Source: Centroscyllium fabricii
Taxonomy: Eukaryota
NCBI GenBank assembly: GCA_051313645.2
Contig: JBNRSN020000034.1
Span: 992,001 to 1,056,000 of the forward strand
DNA length: 64,000 bases
Direction: 5' to 3'
This document shows, piece by piece, positions 1 to 13,289 of this stretch (the first letter of the stretch is position 1; each line of letters opens with the position of its first letter). Under the pieces are notes generated by a model. It saw nothing but the letters and a program-made list of their open reading frames with translations. It searched no databases and was not told where the DNA came from. The position numbers and the translations under genes are program-made.

Positions 1-917
1 ACCTGCACTCAAAATGGCCAGAGGTTACTACCGTGGGCTCCGTCACCTCTCGGGTCATCATCGATAACCTTGAGTCACTCTTCTCCCGCTGGGGGCATCC
101 AAAGGACATCACCACAGACAATGGCCCTCAAATGGTCTCTTTGGAACTCTCCTCCTACCTCGAGAGCAAGAGCATCCGTCACATACGCACAGTGTACTAC
201 CACCCCAAGTCAAATGGTCTGTTGGAGCATTTTAACCAGACACTGAAAAATGGCCTCAGAGCACACCTATCTCAGGGATGTGCATATGACAAGGCCCTCC
301 TCCACACACTGCTGCACTACAAAGCCTCCCAGAATTCCACTACAGGGGTCTCACCCGCATCCCTCATGCTAGGCCGTGAGCTCATGCTGCCCCTTGACAG
401 GCTCTGCCCCTCACTAGCTCAGAGCCCTGCTCCATGGGCTCAAGCCACAGTCGCCAGACAGCAGGAGAAGATGAAACTCCACTTCGACTAGTCAAAGAGG
501 GCCAAGGCACCCAACATCTCAGTCACTGATTGGGTCAGAGTCCGCAGGCCTCACCGCAACAATAAGATGGCCTCATTCTGGTCCTCTCCTCACCAAATCA
601 GCCGCCAACTTGGACCGGCCACTTTCTGCCTCACTGACGGCTCTCGGTGGCATGCCAGCCGCCTTCGGAAGGTGCCAGCACCCCCTGATGCAAGACTACA
701 CGGATCTCACCCCCAAGCCTTACCCCCAGAGTGGCAGGATGCACATGTGGCTCAGCCAGCCAACCCTCAAGCAGATATTGCAGCAGATATTGCACCTCGG
801 CCTACTCCTTACCAGTCCCCACCTCAGCCTGCTCCTCACCAGTCCCCACCTTGGCCTGTTCATACACGTTCTTGCTCTGGCCACCTACAGGACTTTGTCA
901 CTACATTTCATGTTTGA
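1..917 (+). pseudogene. 3' end of a Ty3/Gypsy pol (integrase core and C-terminus), degenerate
   Basis: ORF 33-491 has the integrase motifs TDNGPQ and YHPKSNGLLEHFN, then TTGVSPASLMLGR. A stop at 489-491 is followed by a continuation at 567-917. A purine tract GAAGGAGAGGAAAA precedes TGTTATG at ~940. Confidence 0.85.
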
Positions 918-939
918 AATTCTGTGAAGGAGAGGAAAA

Positions 940-1993
940 TGTTATGTCTGCACACTGGGTTACAGTGTTGCATTAGAGTTACATGAATTGATAGTGCTGT
1001 TATCGTTATATTTTGTCTGACATTGGTGATAGGTACTTGATTGCCTTGGCCTGTAAGAGACTCTAGCACATGGAGTTCGATAGTGCTGTCATCATTATAT
1101 GGGCCAGAAATTCCAGTCTGCCCATATCGCGTTTGAGCTCTGATGCGAGCGCACCAGAGCTTAAACCCGCAGGAAGCAGCCGTTTGCGCTGCTTCAGGTT
1201 TTACTGTGCCGGCCAGCAGTGGGTGGGGTAGAGTTCCTGCGAGGGCTAGCGCAGGAACCATTGAAGTACGGGGTGCATCCAGTCATTCCGTTTTTTTTTA
1301 ACTTTTTCTACGGACCAAGACCAGGAGATTCTATGCTGGAAAAAAGGAATCATAAGTAGCCGTTTTTATCTGGTAAGTGGGTATTTTATTGATTTTAAGT
1401 GTTGTTTTTTCAGGGTTTTAATTGTTGATAACATTAAAGACAGGTAAGTATTTTTTTAGACCTGTTAGAAGTTGAAAAAAAATTCTGTAAATTTTTATTT
1501 TTTCTTTAAAATAGGTTATTTGTGTTAGTTGGGAGAATGTTAAAAAAAATGTGGTGTTTTTAAAATTTTATCTTTGAGTTTAGATGTCTTTTGGGTAATC
1601 TCTCCTTTCAGAACTTGCACAGATTTCTCAGTGGAAGTTTTGAACGGAGAATTTCTTCCACTGATTGGCTCCCTGCCAATCAGGTGGTCTCAAAAGCCAT
1701 CTCGCACTAATTACGCCGTTCAGATGCCCATGAAGCTCGCACGGAGCTCTGACAGGCTGGGCTAACTGCAATTTCTGAGTGCAAAAAAGCAAACCGGATT
1801 ATGGGCAGTGCAAGTGCAACTAGCAGGCACTGCACCCGCACAAAGGCTCCACTGCAATTTCTGGGCCATTATGTCTGACATTGGTGATAGATACTTGATT
1901 GCCTTGGCCTGCAAGGGTTAGTTGGATCGAGCATTAAAATGACACGAGTTGAGTTCTACATGCTGTCATTGAGTTATCCTTGCAAACGCAACA
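940..1993 (+). mobile_element. 3' LTR of that Gypsy element, split by a MITE
   Basis: Begins TGTTA directly after the polypurine tract and ends ...CGCAACA. The segment TGTCTGACATTGGTGATAG.TACTTGATTGCCTTGGCCTG occurs on both sides of the MITE (~1014 and ~1872). An ATTAAA lies near the end. Confidence 0.6.
1099..1869. mobile_element. MITE with imperfect ATGGGCCAGAAATT termini (PIF/Harbinger-like)
   Basis: Left end ATGGGCCAGAAATT, right end AATTTCTGGGCCAT, with TAT on both flanks. The AT-rich interior resembles 38930-39150. Confidence 0.65.
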
Positions 1994-2102
1994 GGCAGAA
2001 AATCAGAACAGACTTGAGGGACTGAATGGCCTACTAGTGTTTGAATATTTCTACCTGCAGATGCAGACATTGGGTGCAGACAATCTCCAGTCGCAGGGAA
2101 TC

Positions 2103-2364
2103 TCTGCACCTGATCACTGGGACTAGAGATTGTCTGCACCCGATCACTGAGACGTGAGATTGTCTGCACCCGATCACTGGGACGTGAGATTGTCTGCACC
2201 TGATCACTGGGACGTGAGATTGTCTGCACCCGATCACTGGGACGTGAGATTGTCTGCACTCGATCACTGGGACTAGAGATTGTCTGCACCTGATCACTGG
2301 GACGTGAGATTGTCTGCACCCGATAACTGGGATATGAGATTGTCTGCACTCGATCACTGGGACT
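2103..2364. repeat. 30-bp minisatellite, about 9 copies
   Basis: Head-to-tail units of GAGATTGTCTGCACCCGATCACTGGGACGT with no spacers. An inverted partial unit lies at 2072-2087. Confidence 0.95.
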
Positions 2365-5096
2365 GCAGGGAGTGTCTGTGCCCATGGGACATCCTGTAGT
2401 CCACAATGTTTCATTGCGCATCCCAACAAATGGCAATTACTTTCCCTGTTAATCTGGGACCTTACTCTCCTGGACAAGCAGATAAGTAACTTTAGCAAAC
2501 AACGTTCACCCCACTGAATAAACAAAGCATTCTATACAGCAAAGCAGCAAATACTGTGATGAATGCTGTTGGGGTTACTTTTTGGCAGGTTTCCTCTTTA
2601 TTAGGAATGATTGAAGGGTGGTATTTACTGTCACTTCTATGCCACGTGTGTGGTCAAGGATCACAGAATACAAAAAATATTGACCTCATTATAATCCAGT
2701 TTTCACACTTCATTGTCAGCTCATCGTTGTTGAGTGATATTTAGTATGATATACTCTATTAGCTTTGGTATTTAACAGTCCCCCTTCTCCCAATATTCTC
2801 AATAGATATACAGAAACAATCGGCACGGTTGGAATAATGCTGAGATTTCCAGAATCTATTCCCAACCCAGGAATATGCCTGTCAGGGATTTGCTGAGCTC
2901 TCTAAGGACCCATTATTGTGCGCCTTTCAAAATACACTTTTTTTAACTGCATCTCATCGGTTGAAAGGATTCTTCCACAAATTCTGAATCCACAATGTTA
3001 TAAAGTCAGGATGAAATAAATTTGCAGAATCATTGTGCAGATTTTTTTTAAATTCCTGCTATTCTTGGGAATAAACAAAAGAATCAGAAATCCATGTGTA
3101 GCAGGAACGGGGATTTGAGACCATGTGTGAAAATGCAGTCTGTGATTTCACAAGGCAGACACTGTCCATGAAACGGCAATGTATTAAATATCTGAAAATG
3201 AATGAACATGTCAGCAGCCGTTCCCTCTTTGGAACTGGATCTGGTTTTATTTAGATGGGAGGAAGTGTCCTGTGAGGATGCATCATGGTACCCAGAGCAG
3301 CTGTTGGTAAATTATATAGTGTATCTGTTGTACAATGCGGGGGGAGTCTGATTAATGCCACTGAATTGTGCTCATTAATAGAAATGGGGGAGGGAGCTCC
3401 TGTTTAGAATGCGTCGACGTGCAGTCCACAAGGAATCCCCAGGGATGATGTGGTGGGTGTGGGGTGGGGTGGTTGGAGGGGGGGGGGGGGGGTTGCGGGG
3501 TGGGAAGGAGCCATTCTCTCTGGCAGGAGCCAGCTATTATCAAATAGCAGAGTAGAAGAAAGTGCTGATGCACTACACATGCTCAGTGTGCTCTCTGCTG
3601 TCTCATGCAGCTGCCGGCTGCAGTCTGTTCTGGTCGTGGCTCGCTATCATGCTGCCTTGCCCCTCCACCCCGGCTATCAGAGAAGCACAGGAGGAGGAAG
3701 AACAGAATGAAAGTGGGAAAATGAAAGTGGAGGTAGGTGAAGATGAGATTCTGCAGTCTGCTTGAACTGGCTCCAAAAATAAGATTACATATTGTATGAT
3801 ATCTGAAAGACCTCAGCCTGTTAATATATTAAAAATATTCTTATATTACAATACTTTAAATATGTAGTAATTGTTCAGTAAAATGTTAGTATTCGATCTG
3901 TTTACATGTTAAATACTGAATATATTAATATTTCTTGTTTTACCTGGCCCCTTGTATTCAGTCTTGACACTGAATGAAAGGCGGCTCACCTTACATCCTT
4001 TCAGCTTACACTGCATATAAGATCTATAATTTTTAACAGTCTTTGTAAGCAAAATGCATGTTGAAAATCAAAGCATATTTGGTAAATGTTAATATTCTGA
4101 AGCATTGAGTGATTTTCCATCTCAGTAACAAGGACAGATTGAGTTACCTCAGAAGGATCATTAGGTGTATAGGAGGGAGTCGGCTGGCTGGTCAGTCTCC
4201 CTGTGGCAAGTGCTGGACACAGCACTTTAATCAGAACAGGCTGGCTGCTTTTGAGAGGCTCAGTGCAAACACCCTGGGACACAATAAACAGAGCATTATC
4301 TGGGGTGGGGTTGGGGGGTGGGGGGAGGGCGGGGCAGAGGGTGTATGAGGAAAAATATGAATAGGGCAAGGGTGGCAGCTAAACAGAATTATTATTCACA
4401 AAGACAGACCTTGGATCTGGGAATGAATCCTGATCAAATGAAGATGTTTTCATGAAATAACAGCAAAATAACTGATCAGAATAAAAGATATTTTCTTTAC
4501 ATTGGCAGGACAGGAGCTCTCTTTAATTTTGCACTATAGTCTCTGTAATAGCAGAAAGATCATACCGTAATGAGCAGCCACTTAAACTACACATTGGAAA
4601 TCTATTAAATAATTATTTGAAAAAAACCATTTATACCTGTACAGAAAAGGGAAGGAAAATGCATTCTCTATCTATACAAATTATAATTCAGGGAGTTATA
4701 CTAATGCAATAAATTTACTTTATAGATTTTTTTTTCTTCATAGAAGGTGTCTCTTTTCTAAGTTTATGGTCAGTTTTACAGGTTACAATACAAAGAAGGA
4801 GTTTTGATCCCAGCTGTTGGATTAGCCTGGAGGCTGGGCGACCAGAGTGCTCAAACAGTCAGTATGCAGGCTTGTGCATTTCAGTGTTGGGAGCAGCAGG
4901 GCCACTTTTAGTCTCAAAGTTTTTTTTTAGGGCAGGGAGTTTTGTGTTTGCCCAAAGACAATGAATATTCTGCATGTTACCCTGTTTATGGCTTTTTTTA
5001 AATGTAAACACATGGGCACACAGCTGGGGATCATGTTTTACTGTAAACCTCTTAACTCCTTGATGCTGAGTTCGTTTTTTGTAATTTTCAAGTCAT

Positions 5097-5660
5097 TGCA
5101 TAGAATTACATAGAATTTACAAATTGGAAAAAGGCCCTTCAGCTCAAATGGTCTATACCATTGTTTACGCTCCCCACAAGCCTCCTCCCACCCTACTTCA
5201 TCTCACTCTATCAGCATAACCTTCGATTCCTTTCTCCCTCGTGTGTTTATCTAGCGTCCCCTTAAATGCATCTGTGGTATTCGCCTCAACTACTCCATGT
5301 GGTAGTGAGTTCCACATTCTCACCACTCACTGTTTAAAGATGTTTCTCCTGAATTTGTTATTGGATTTATTAGTGAATACTTTATATTTATGACCCCTAG
5401 TTTTGGACTGTCCCACAAGTGGAAACATCTCTGTGTTGACCCTATCAAACCCTTTCATAATCTTAAAGACCTCTATCAGGTCACCCATCAGTCTTCTCTT
5501 TTCTGGAGAAAATAGCCCCAGCTTGTTCAAATTATAACCTTTCAGTTCTGGCATTGGCCTCATAGGTCTTTTTTGTACCTTCTCCGGTGCCTCTATATAG
5601 TTTTTGTAACATGGAGACCAGAACTGTGTGCAGTACTCAAACTCAGTCCTTATGAGCATT
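5097..5660 (-). mobile_element. CR1 LINE 3' fragment
   Basis: Minus-strand ORF reads EYCTQFWSP...EKRRLMGDLIEVFKIMKGFDRV...TRGHKYK (CR1 ORF2 C-terminus), with a TCTATG-type tail at ~5100. Confidence 0.85.
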
Positions 5661-6438
5661 TTGCATTGTTCTTTGAAGTCAGATTCCAGAGGCCTGTGAT
5701 TTGTGACCTAGCTCCCAACATTTATATTGTTAAATCTGGTTACCGTAGACTAGACGGGGACTCCTAGGCTGCCATACCTGGGTCTACCTCTGGCCGACAA
5801 GAAACAGATTTAATAGCATAGCCATTAGGAGCCAGCTCATAGATGCTGGGCTCCCGGAATCTGATGTAAAAACATCAAAAAAGCACAGATGAATAGCTGT
5901 TCGATGGAACTGGGTATCACATTAGTTGGAAGACTGACCTTTCACCAACAAGATCTCAACCTCTCTCTCTGGCAGCAGTCAACTAAGTCTGGGGCAGCCT
6001 TAACTCAAGTTACTAGTGGGCATAATCCCACAGCACAAAACTACCCATAGCTGGCAATCTGACTCAAAAATATTATATTGGTATAGTAGGATGCACTCTT
6101 CTGAGGTTAATGGACTTAGTAATAATCTAGTAATTACTGTGTGGGATATAAATGTACAAATGCTTGACATATTTATCCAACATTTCTCTGCAATTTTAAT
6201 GGAGGCATTAATCCATGAATGAATTGATATCTGTTAAAATAACAATAAGGGAATGGTCACTTTAAGCATTTGCCTGCTAATAATGCAAACAGTAATTTCT
6301 GAGCTGATGTAAATTATTCACAGTTCACTCCATGGGTTCCTTATCACTCAATATCTCTTTCAGCAAAGTTAACTTCCTGTTGATACCTTCTTACAAATGC
6401 ACATAAACTGGACACAGTGTAGTTCAAACCAGGTTGCA

Positions 6439-6623
6439 TACTGTTTGGAGATCTATATACCACTCCCACTAACATTTTCTGCCCCTTGATATTTCTCAGT
6501 TCTACCCATACAGATTCCACATCATCAGAGCTAATATATTTCCTTACAATTGTGTTAATCCCCTCTTTAACCAGCAATGCTACCCCACCTCCTTTTCCTT
6601 TTTGTGTTTCTTTCCTGAATATT
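6439..6623 (-). mobile_element. Short CR1 endonuclease fragment, inverted copy of 8070-8249
   Basis: The reverse complement closely matches 8070-8249 (KEGINTIVRK.ISSDDVESVWVELRNIKGQK). Confidence 0.85.
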
Positions 6624-7624
6624 GGATACCACAGTTGCTGACCAACCTAGCAACTAGAGAACACATCTATCTCAAAACCTTAGGAGAGATGTTCCTGAGC
6701 TCTTGGTGTGCGCTAGGGGTTCATATCAAAAAATTGCACACCACCAATCCACAATTTAAAATGAATGGGCAAAAAATCGTGGGCTGGGGGTGCATAATTT
6801 CCCTGCATTTGCTCCCACCACACACCAGGAACGCAAAAGTGGAAAATCACTCCTATAATGATTACCAGTTAATACAATAGACAGTAGTGATCATTAAATC
6901 TCCCTTTCAAAAAAAAACATGAGTCTAAATTTTCCACTTTTTGTGTAATTTAGACCCAAATTGCTATTGGCAGGTTTTAGAAAGACTCAAATGATTGTTT
7001 GCTGTTTGAACCCAATTTTACAAAGTTAGTTCATTATTATAGATTCAAGTGCAGATTTAGACAGATACAGAGAGCACACTCGTAGTGGGAGCAGAAAGTT
7101 GTGTATGAGTGAAATTTTAATGGAAGGAGCAATTAAAGGAGAGTATCAGAATAAGGGGAAAAAATTCCGAAAAGCTTTTGAAAAGGCTTAAAAGACGCCT
7201 CAACCAATTAATAACTTTTGCCAAAGCTGAAGGGGTGGAGGACAAAGAAATTACAGATAAAGATAGAAGGGAAGGAAACCCAGGGTGCAGGCATGAGTTT
7301 GCATTGAAGTTTTGGAGCAACCCAACAGCGAAAGCCTGGTTTGATGGCTATTGAAGTGGAGGTGATGGTTTGAGGTGCTTGTGAGGAGGGTTGCCCTCTG
7401 TGCCACTCTGCAGCACCAGCCACATAGGTCAAGATTGCAATATATCTGCAAAGACGTGGAACTAATTTCAGGCAAGCTGCCCACTATTGTCCCTGGATAT
7501 GCCAGCCCTATGCTGCATGGCTTTGTCAGGGCCTCTAAATATGGTGAGTGCAGTCAATCATGGTACAATGGCTGCTGATCACCCTGGCATATCTCCTTTC
7601 ATGCAATGCCAGTGAAAATATGAT

Positions 7625-10600
7625 ACTGGTTCTGGGGGAGGTGGGACCAGTACAAAACAGACGGTTTGCACCTGGGCAGGGCTGGGACTGATGTCCAAGG
7701 GGGAAGTGTTTGCTAGTGCTCTGGGGGAGGATTTAAATTAAAATGGCAGGGGGTTGGGAGCCTGTGTGGGGAGACAGAGGAAAGGGAAACAAGGATAAAA
7801 GCAAAAGACAGGAAGTAGAAAAACAAAAGTGGCAGACAGAGAAATCAAGGATTTAAATCAAACATGGCCACAGTAAATAATAATTCTAAAAGTTTTAAGT
7901 GTGTTAAAAAAACCAAGCCTGAAGGCCTTGTGTCTTAATGCGAGGAGCATTCGTAATAAGGTGGATGAATTGGCTATGCAAATAGAGGTAAACGAATATG
8001 ATATGATTGGGATTACGGAAACATGGCTCCAGGATGACCAAGGATGGGAACTCAACATTCAGGGGCATTCAATATTCAGGAAAGAAACACAAAAAGGAAA
8101 AGGAGGTGGGTTGCTCATTAAAGAGGGGATTAACACAATTGTAAGGAAGGATATTAGCTCTGATGATGTGGAATCTGTATGGGTGGAACTGAGGAATATC
8201 AAGGGGCAGAAAACGTTAGTGGGAGTGGTATATAGATCTCCAAACAGTAATGCGGAGGTCGGGTATGGCATTAAAGAGAAATTAGAGAAGCGTGTGATAA
8301 GGGCACAGCAGTTATCATGGGTGACTTTAATCTACATATAGATTGGGCTAACCTAATTAGTAACAATACTATGGAGGAGGAATTCTTGGAGTGTATACGG
8401 GATGGTTTCCTGGACCAACATGTCAAGGAACCAACTAGAGATCAGGCCATCTTAGACTGGGTATTATGTAATGAGAAAGGATTCATTAGCAATCTTGTTG
8501 TGCGAGGCTCCTTGGGTCAGAGCGATCATAATATGATAGAATTCTTCATTAAGATGGAGAGTGAAGGAGTTGACTCAGAGACTAGGGTCCTGAATTTAAA
8601 TAAAGGAAACTACGATGGTATGAGGCGCGAGCTGGGTAGGATTGATTGGGGAATGTCACTCAAAGGGTTGACAGTGGATAGGCAATAGCAAACATTCAAA
8701 GATCGCATGGATGAACTACAGAATGTATTCATCCCAGTTTGGCATAAAAATAAAGCAAAAAAGGTGACTCAACCGTGGCTAACAAGGGAAATTAGAGATA
8801 GCATAAGATCCAAGGAGAGGACATATAAATTGGCCAGAAAAAGCAGTAAACTTGAGGATTGGGAGCAGTTTAGGATTCAACAAAGGAGGACAAAGGGATT
8901 AATTAAGAGGGAAAAATAGAGTATGAGAGTAAGCTTTCAGGGAACATAAAAACTGACTGTAAAAGCTTCTATAGATATGTGAAGAGAAAAAGATTGGTGA
9001 AGTCAAGCATAGGTCACTTGCAGTCAGAATAAGGGAAATTTATAATGGGGAACAAAGAACCAGCAGACCAATTAAATACATACTTTGGTTCTGTCTTCAC
9101 AAAGGAGGACGCAAATAACCTCACAGAGATGTCGGGGAACATGGGGTCTAATGAAAGGGAAGAACTGAAAGAAATCAGTATTTATAGGGAAATGGTGTTA
9201 GAGAAATTGACGGGATTGAAGGCCGATAAATCCCCAGAGCCTGATAATATACATCCTAGGGTACTTAAGGAAGTGGCCCTAGAGATAGTGGATGCATTGC
9301 TGGTCATCTTCCAAAATTCGATAGACTGTGGATCAGTACCCGTGGATTGGAGAGTAGCTAATGTTAGCCCACTGTTCAAAAAAGGTGGTAGAGAGAAAAC
9401 GGGGAATTACAGACCGTTAAGCCTGACATCGATAGAGGGGAAAATACTGGAGTCCATTATAAAAGATGTAATAGCAGAGTACATGGATAACAGTGACTGG
9501 ATCGGACAAAGTCAACATGGATTTACAAAAGGTAAATTGTGCTTGACTAATCTACTGAATTTTTTGAGGGTGTAACTGGTAAAATAGATAAGGGAGAACC
9601 AGTGGATGTGGTGTACTTGGACTTTCAAAAGGCTTTCGATAAGATCCCACATAAGAGATTAGCGTGTAAAGTTAAGGCACATGGGATTGGGGCAAAGTAT
9701 TGACTTGGATAGAGAACTGGTTGGCAGATAGAAAGCAAAGAGTTGGAATAAACGGCTCTTTTTCCGAGTGGCAGGCAGTGACTAGTAGGATACCGCAGGG
9801 ATCGGTCCTTGGACCCCAGCTATTCACAATATATATTAATGATCTGGATGAGGGAACTAGATGTAATATCTCCAAGTTTGCAGACGACACAAAGCTGGGT
9901 GGGTGTGTGTGCTGTGAGGAGGATGCCGAGAAGCTCCAGTATGATTTGGACAGGTTGGGTGATTGGGCAGAAGCATGGCAGATGCAATATAACATGGATA
10001 AATGCGAGGTTATCCACTTCGGTGTCAAAAACAAGAAGGCAGATTATTATCTGAATGGCAATAGATTGGGAGAAGGGGAAGTGCAACAGGACCTGGGCGT
10101 CCTTGTGCACCAGTTGCTGAAGGTAAGCATGCAGGTGCAGCAGGCGGTTAAGAAGGCAAATGGTATGTTGGCCTTCGTAGCAAGAGGGTTTGAGTACAGG
10201 AACAAAGGGCCCTGACAGTAAATCTAAAGAAAACCAACATCATGATTTTTCAAAAAAAAAACAGATGTCAGGAAGACAAATACCAATTCACTCTTAAAGA
10301 TACCATTATCGAACACACTATGAGCTACACTTACCTTGGTCTAACCATTGCAGCATCAGGGAGCTTCAGCATGGCAGTGAATGCACTAAAAGAGAAAGCT
10401 CAAAGGGCTATGTATGCAATCAAAAGAAAATTCTACAACATCCAAATTCCAATTAAAATCTGGCTTAAAATATTTGATAGTGTAATCCAACCCATTGCGC
10501 TTTATGGTAGTGAAGTATGGGGTTCGCTCAGTCATCATAGTTATGCTAAATGGGAAAAACACACAGTGGAGGCCCTACATGCGGAATTTTGCCGGAGCAT

Positions 10601-11822
10601 CCTCCGCACCCAAAGGAAAACACCAACAAACGCATGTAGGGCGGAATTAGGCAGATACCCACTGATAATAAATATCCAAAAAAGAGTATTAAATTTTTGG
10701 AATCACCTTAAATCTAGTCCCCCAGACTCCCTCCAGTTTAAAGCCCTCCAAACCCAAGAGCGGAACCCAGAAAAGAGTCCCCTGTGTCAGTTGGTATTGA
10801 GACTAACTACCCCTACTCAGTCAAACCTTGACCAGTCTCAGATCAACACTGCGTTCCAAACACCAATTAGAGTGGACCAAATCATCAAAAAATGCAAAGA
10901 AACCTATTTGGAACATTGGGATAAAGCAACCAAAAACCAAAGCAGACTAGAATGCTACCATGCCCTAGAAAGAGATTATAAATTGGCAGACTATCTTTCA
11001 ACTGTCAGAAATATAAAGCAGAGACAGACCCTCACCAGGTACAGACTAAGTGACCACCAGTTGGCAGTCGAAAAAGGAAGACAGAAGAAATCCTGGCAGC
11101 CAAGAGAAAATAGAATATGCGGTCACTGCTTGACAGATGAGGTTGAAACAGAGATGCACTTCCTCCTAAAATGCAAAAAATTCGACAAAACAAGGAGAAC
11201 ATACTTTGACAAACTAAGCCTGGAAATCCCAGATTTCAAAGAATTAGATGATATCTTAAAACTAAAAGTAATCCTTGGCGAGGGAGATAGGGCACAGCTT
11301 GGTGCACAATACGTAACAGCATGCCACAACCTGAGAGACAGTGAATGACCAACATGCACAATGCATGCACACACAGGCAGAGACTGATCAACACTGATTG
11401 TTATACTGTTTGAAACTGCATTTAAACTATATATCTATTGATATTATTACGGATGCTGTTGTATATATTCTGTTAGTACTGTTATTATTACGTCTATTAA
11501 TGTACTATTTTTGTGTATATTACAATGCTTTGGCAACAACGGTTGATACCATTCATGCCAATAAAGCTATTTGAATTTGAATTTGAATTTTGATATCTTG
11601 CTGCAGTTGTACAGGGCCTTGGTGAGACCACATCTTGAGTATTGTGTGCAGTTTTGGACACCTTATCTGAGGAAGGATGTTCTTGCTATGGAAGGAGTAC
11701 AGCGAAGATTCACCAGGCTGATACCTGGGATGGCAGGAATGACGTATGAGGAGAGATTGGGTCGATTGGGCTTGTACTCGTTGGAGTTTTGAAGAATGAG
11801 AGGGGATCTCATTGAAATGCGT
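7625..11822 (+). mobile_element. CR1/HER1-type LINE (end of ORF1 plus ORF2 APE-RT), degenerate, interrupted by RTEX
   Basis: Motifs LNARSIRNK, ITETWL, MGDFN, SDHNMI, GNYRPLSLTS, PQGSVLGP and KFADDTK are spread over broken ORFs. CR1 sequence resumes at ~11591 ([17 protein letters not shown]). Confidence 0.92.
10207..11590 (+). mobile_element. 5'-truncated RTEX-like non-LTR retrotransposon with open ORF2 C-terminus (10242-11348)
   Basis: Motifs YTYLGL, PIALYGSEVWG, CRAELGRYPL and a C-terminal CGHC...EMHFLLKC zinc finger. The 3' end is AATAAA followed by a (TTTGAA)n tail. Confidence 0.8.
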
Positions 11823-11986
11823 ATGCTATTAAATATCCCGAGTATTTTAGGCGACTGCGAACTGGGCCGCAAACACGGAAATGTGCATGCGCATGTGATC
11901 TGCGCATACGCACTGGACAAACTCTAAAAACTGAAAAATCTCGAAAACCGACACCCGAGGTTTTCGGATAAAGGGTTGTGTACCTG
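11822..11986. mobile_element. Right half of the Tc1/mariner-type MITE also found at 46104 and 53909
   Basis: Ends CGGATAAAGGGTTGTGTACCTG followed by TA; shares GACTGCGA..TGGGCCGCAAACACGGAA with the full copies. Confidence 0.8.
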
Positions 11987-12273
11987 TAGTACTTCTTTGA
12001 ATCCAATGCAATGCCAGAAGACATGAACAGTCACTTTCAAACCTTTCAGTGTATTGAAGGTCACCAACAGACTTTATACTTTGACCTGATAATTCGCCAG
12101 AACCCATCTTTTGCATTTAGTAGAGAAAAACTCAGCTTAGCTGAGTTTTGTGGCAATATCTTTTGACTGTTGCTGGGGTAGTGAAACCTCATAATTGCTC
12201 AAATTACATCCTTAGGATCAACATAGCTTGCTTGGCTTCACAACTGTCATCATACTGTCCTTGTAGATGCCCT

Positions 12274-12943
12274 GGGGGAAAAATTCAGTATCGCTCCATT
12301 TGGGATGCCATTATCGGTCGTGCGCAAAGTTTAGCGCCTGGCGCTAATTATCGCCTCCGACGGCAAGCTTGGCTTTTATCGCCCCTGGAGGTGATTGGAG
12401 CGCTAAATCAGGAGCTTCACACCTGTCTTAAGGCGCAAAGGCCGAGGAGCGAGGCGCTACCTCAGAGCGCTGGCGAAGCAAGGAAGGGCAAATCAAAATG
12501 AACCTGCAAAGTGCTGCTCAGTACCCAAAACTCCTTCACACTGCGTTGAATCTCTCTAGAAGTCTCTCTCTCTAAGAATGCGTAGTGCAAAAATGTCACC
12601 AACATAAAAAGGGAGGAAGCAGTCGTCTTTAAATAGCGCTCCCCCAGTCCCTTTCTGACTGCAGAACGCTCCCCTCAACCTGTCGTTGCTAGCGGCAGGC
12701 GGTAAGGCAGGGGGCGCCACACAATATCCGGTCCGGGGTGCTACCAGGGCGTTGCGCACTCGAATAACATCACGATCTGCCGGTGCAGGAGATCGAGGTG
12801 GTAGTGTTTAGCCCTGCCACAAAATGTCTGGTTAATTTTGCGAGCGACGCAAACATTGCCGCACCCGTGCGCTAGCTGCTTTGTGCCTAATTAGTGCCCT
12901 CTTAAGGCATTAATGGGAGGCACAAACAACTGAAATCCCCCCC
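12274..12943. mobile_element. Harbinger-derived MITE
   Basis: Termini GGGGGAAAAATTCAG and CTGAAATCCCCCCC. The GC-rich subterminal region resembles 39435-40193 and the Harbinger end at 18154. Confidence 0.65.
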
Positions 12944-12954
12944 TCCCACCCCGA

Positions 12955-13285
12955 GTATAGTAGCCTCATGGTTATGGTACTAGACGAGTAACCTCTATAA
13001 CATGGGGTCAAATCCCACCATGGCAAATTATGAAATTAAATTAGTGCATCTGGTAAACTGTGGATTAGTACCAGAAAAATGCTTATGAAAGTTGAATTGT
13101 TGTGAGAAAAATAGTAACTCAGTTGGCTCTCTAATGTCCTTCAGGGGAGGGAAACTCCTACCCATACCTGGTCTGATCTATACATGACTCCAGTTCCAAA
13201 CTATGTGGTTGACTCTTAATGCCCTCAGGGCAACTAGGAATGGGTCATAAATTGTAACTAGCCAGTGTTGCCCACAAATAAAAGA
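12955..13285 (+). mobile_element. Degenerate tRNA-derived SINE
   Basis: A-box-like TAGCCTCATGG, B-box-like GGTCAAATCCC, and an A-rich 3' end. Confidence 0.55.
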
Positions 13286-13289
13286 ATAC

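Noticed and set aside
2103-2364. CRISPR-like 30-bp periodicity
   Set aside because: Units are contiguous with no unique spacers, there are no cas genes, and the context is vertebrate.
5770-6020. Possible ancient SINE remnant
   Set aside because: Too degenerate to assign boundaries or family by eye.
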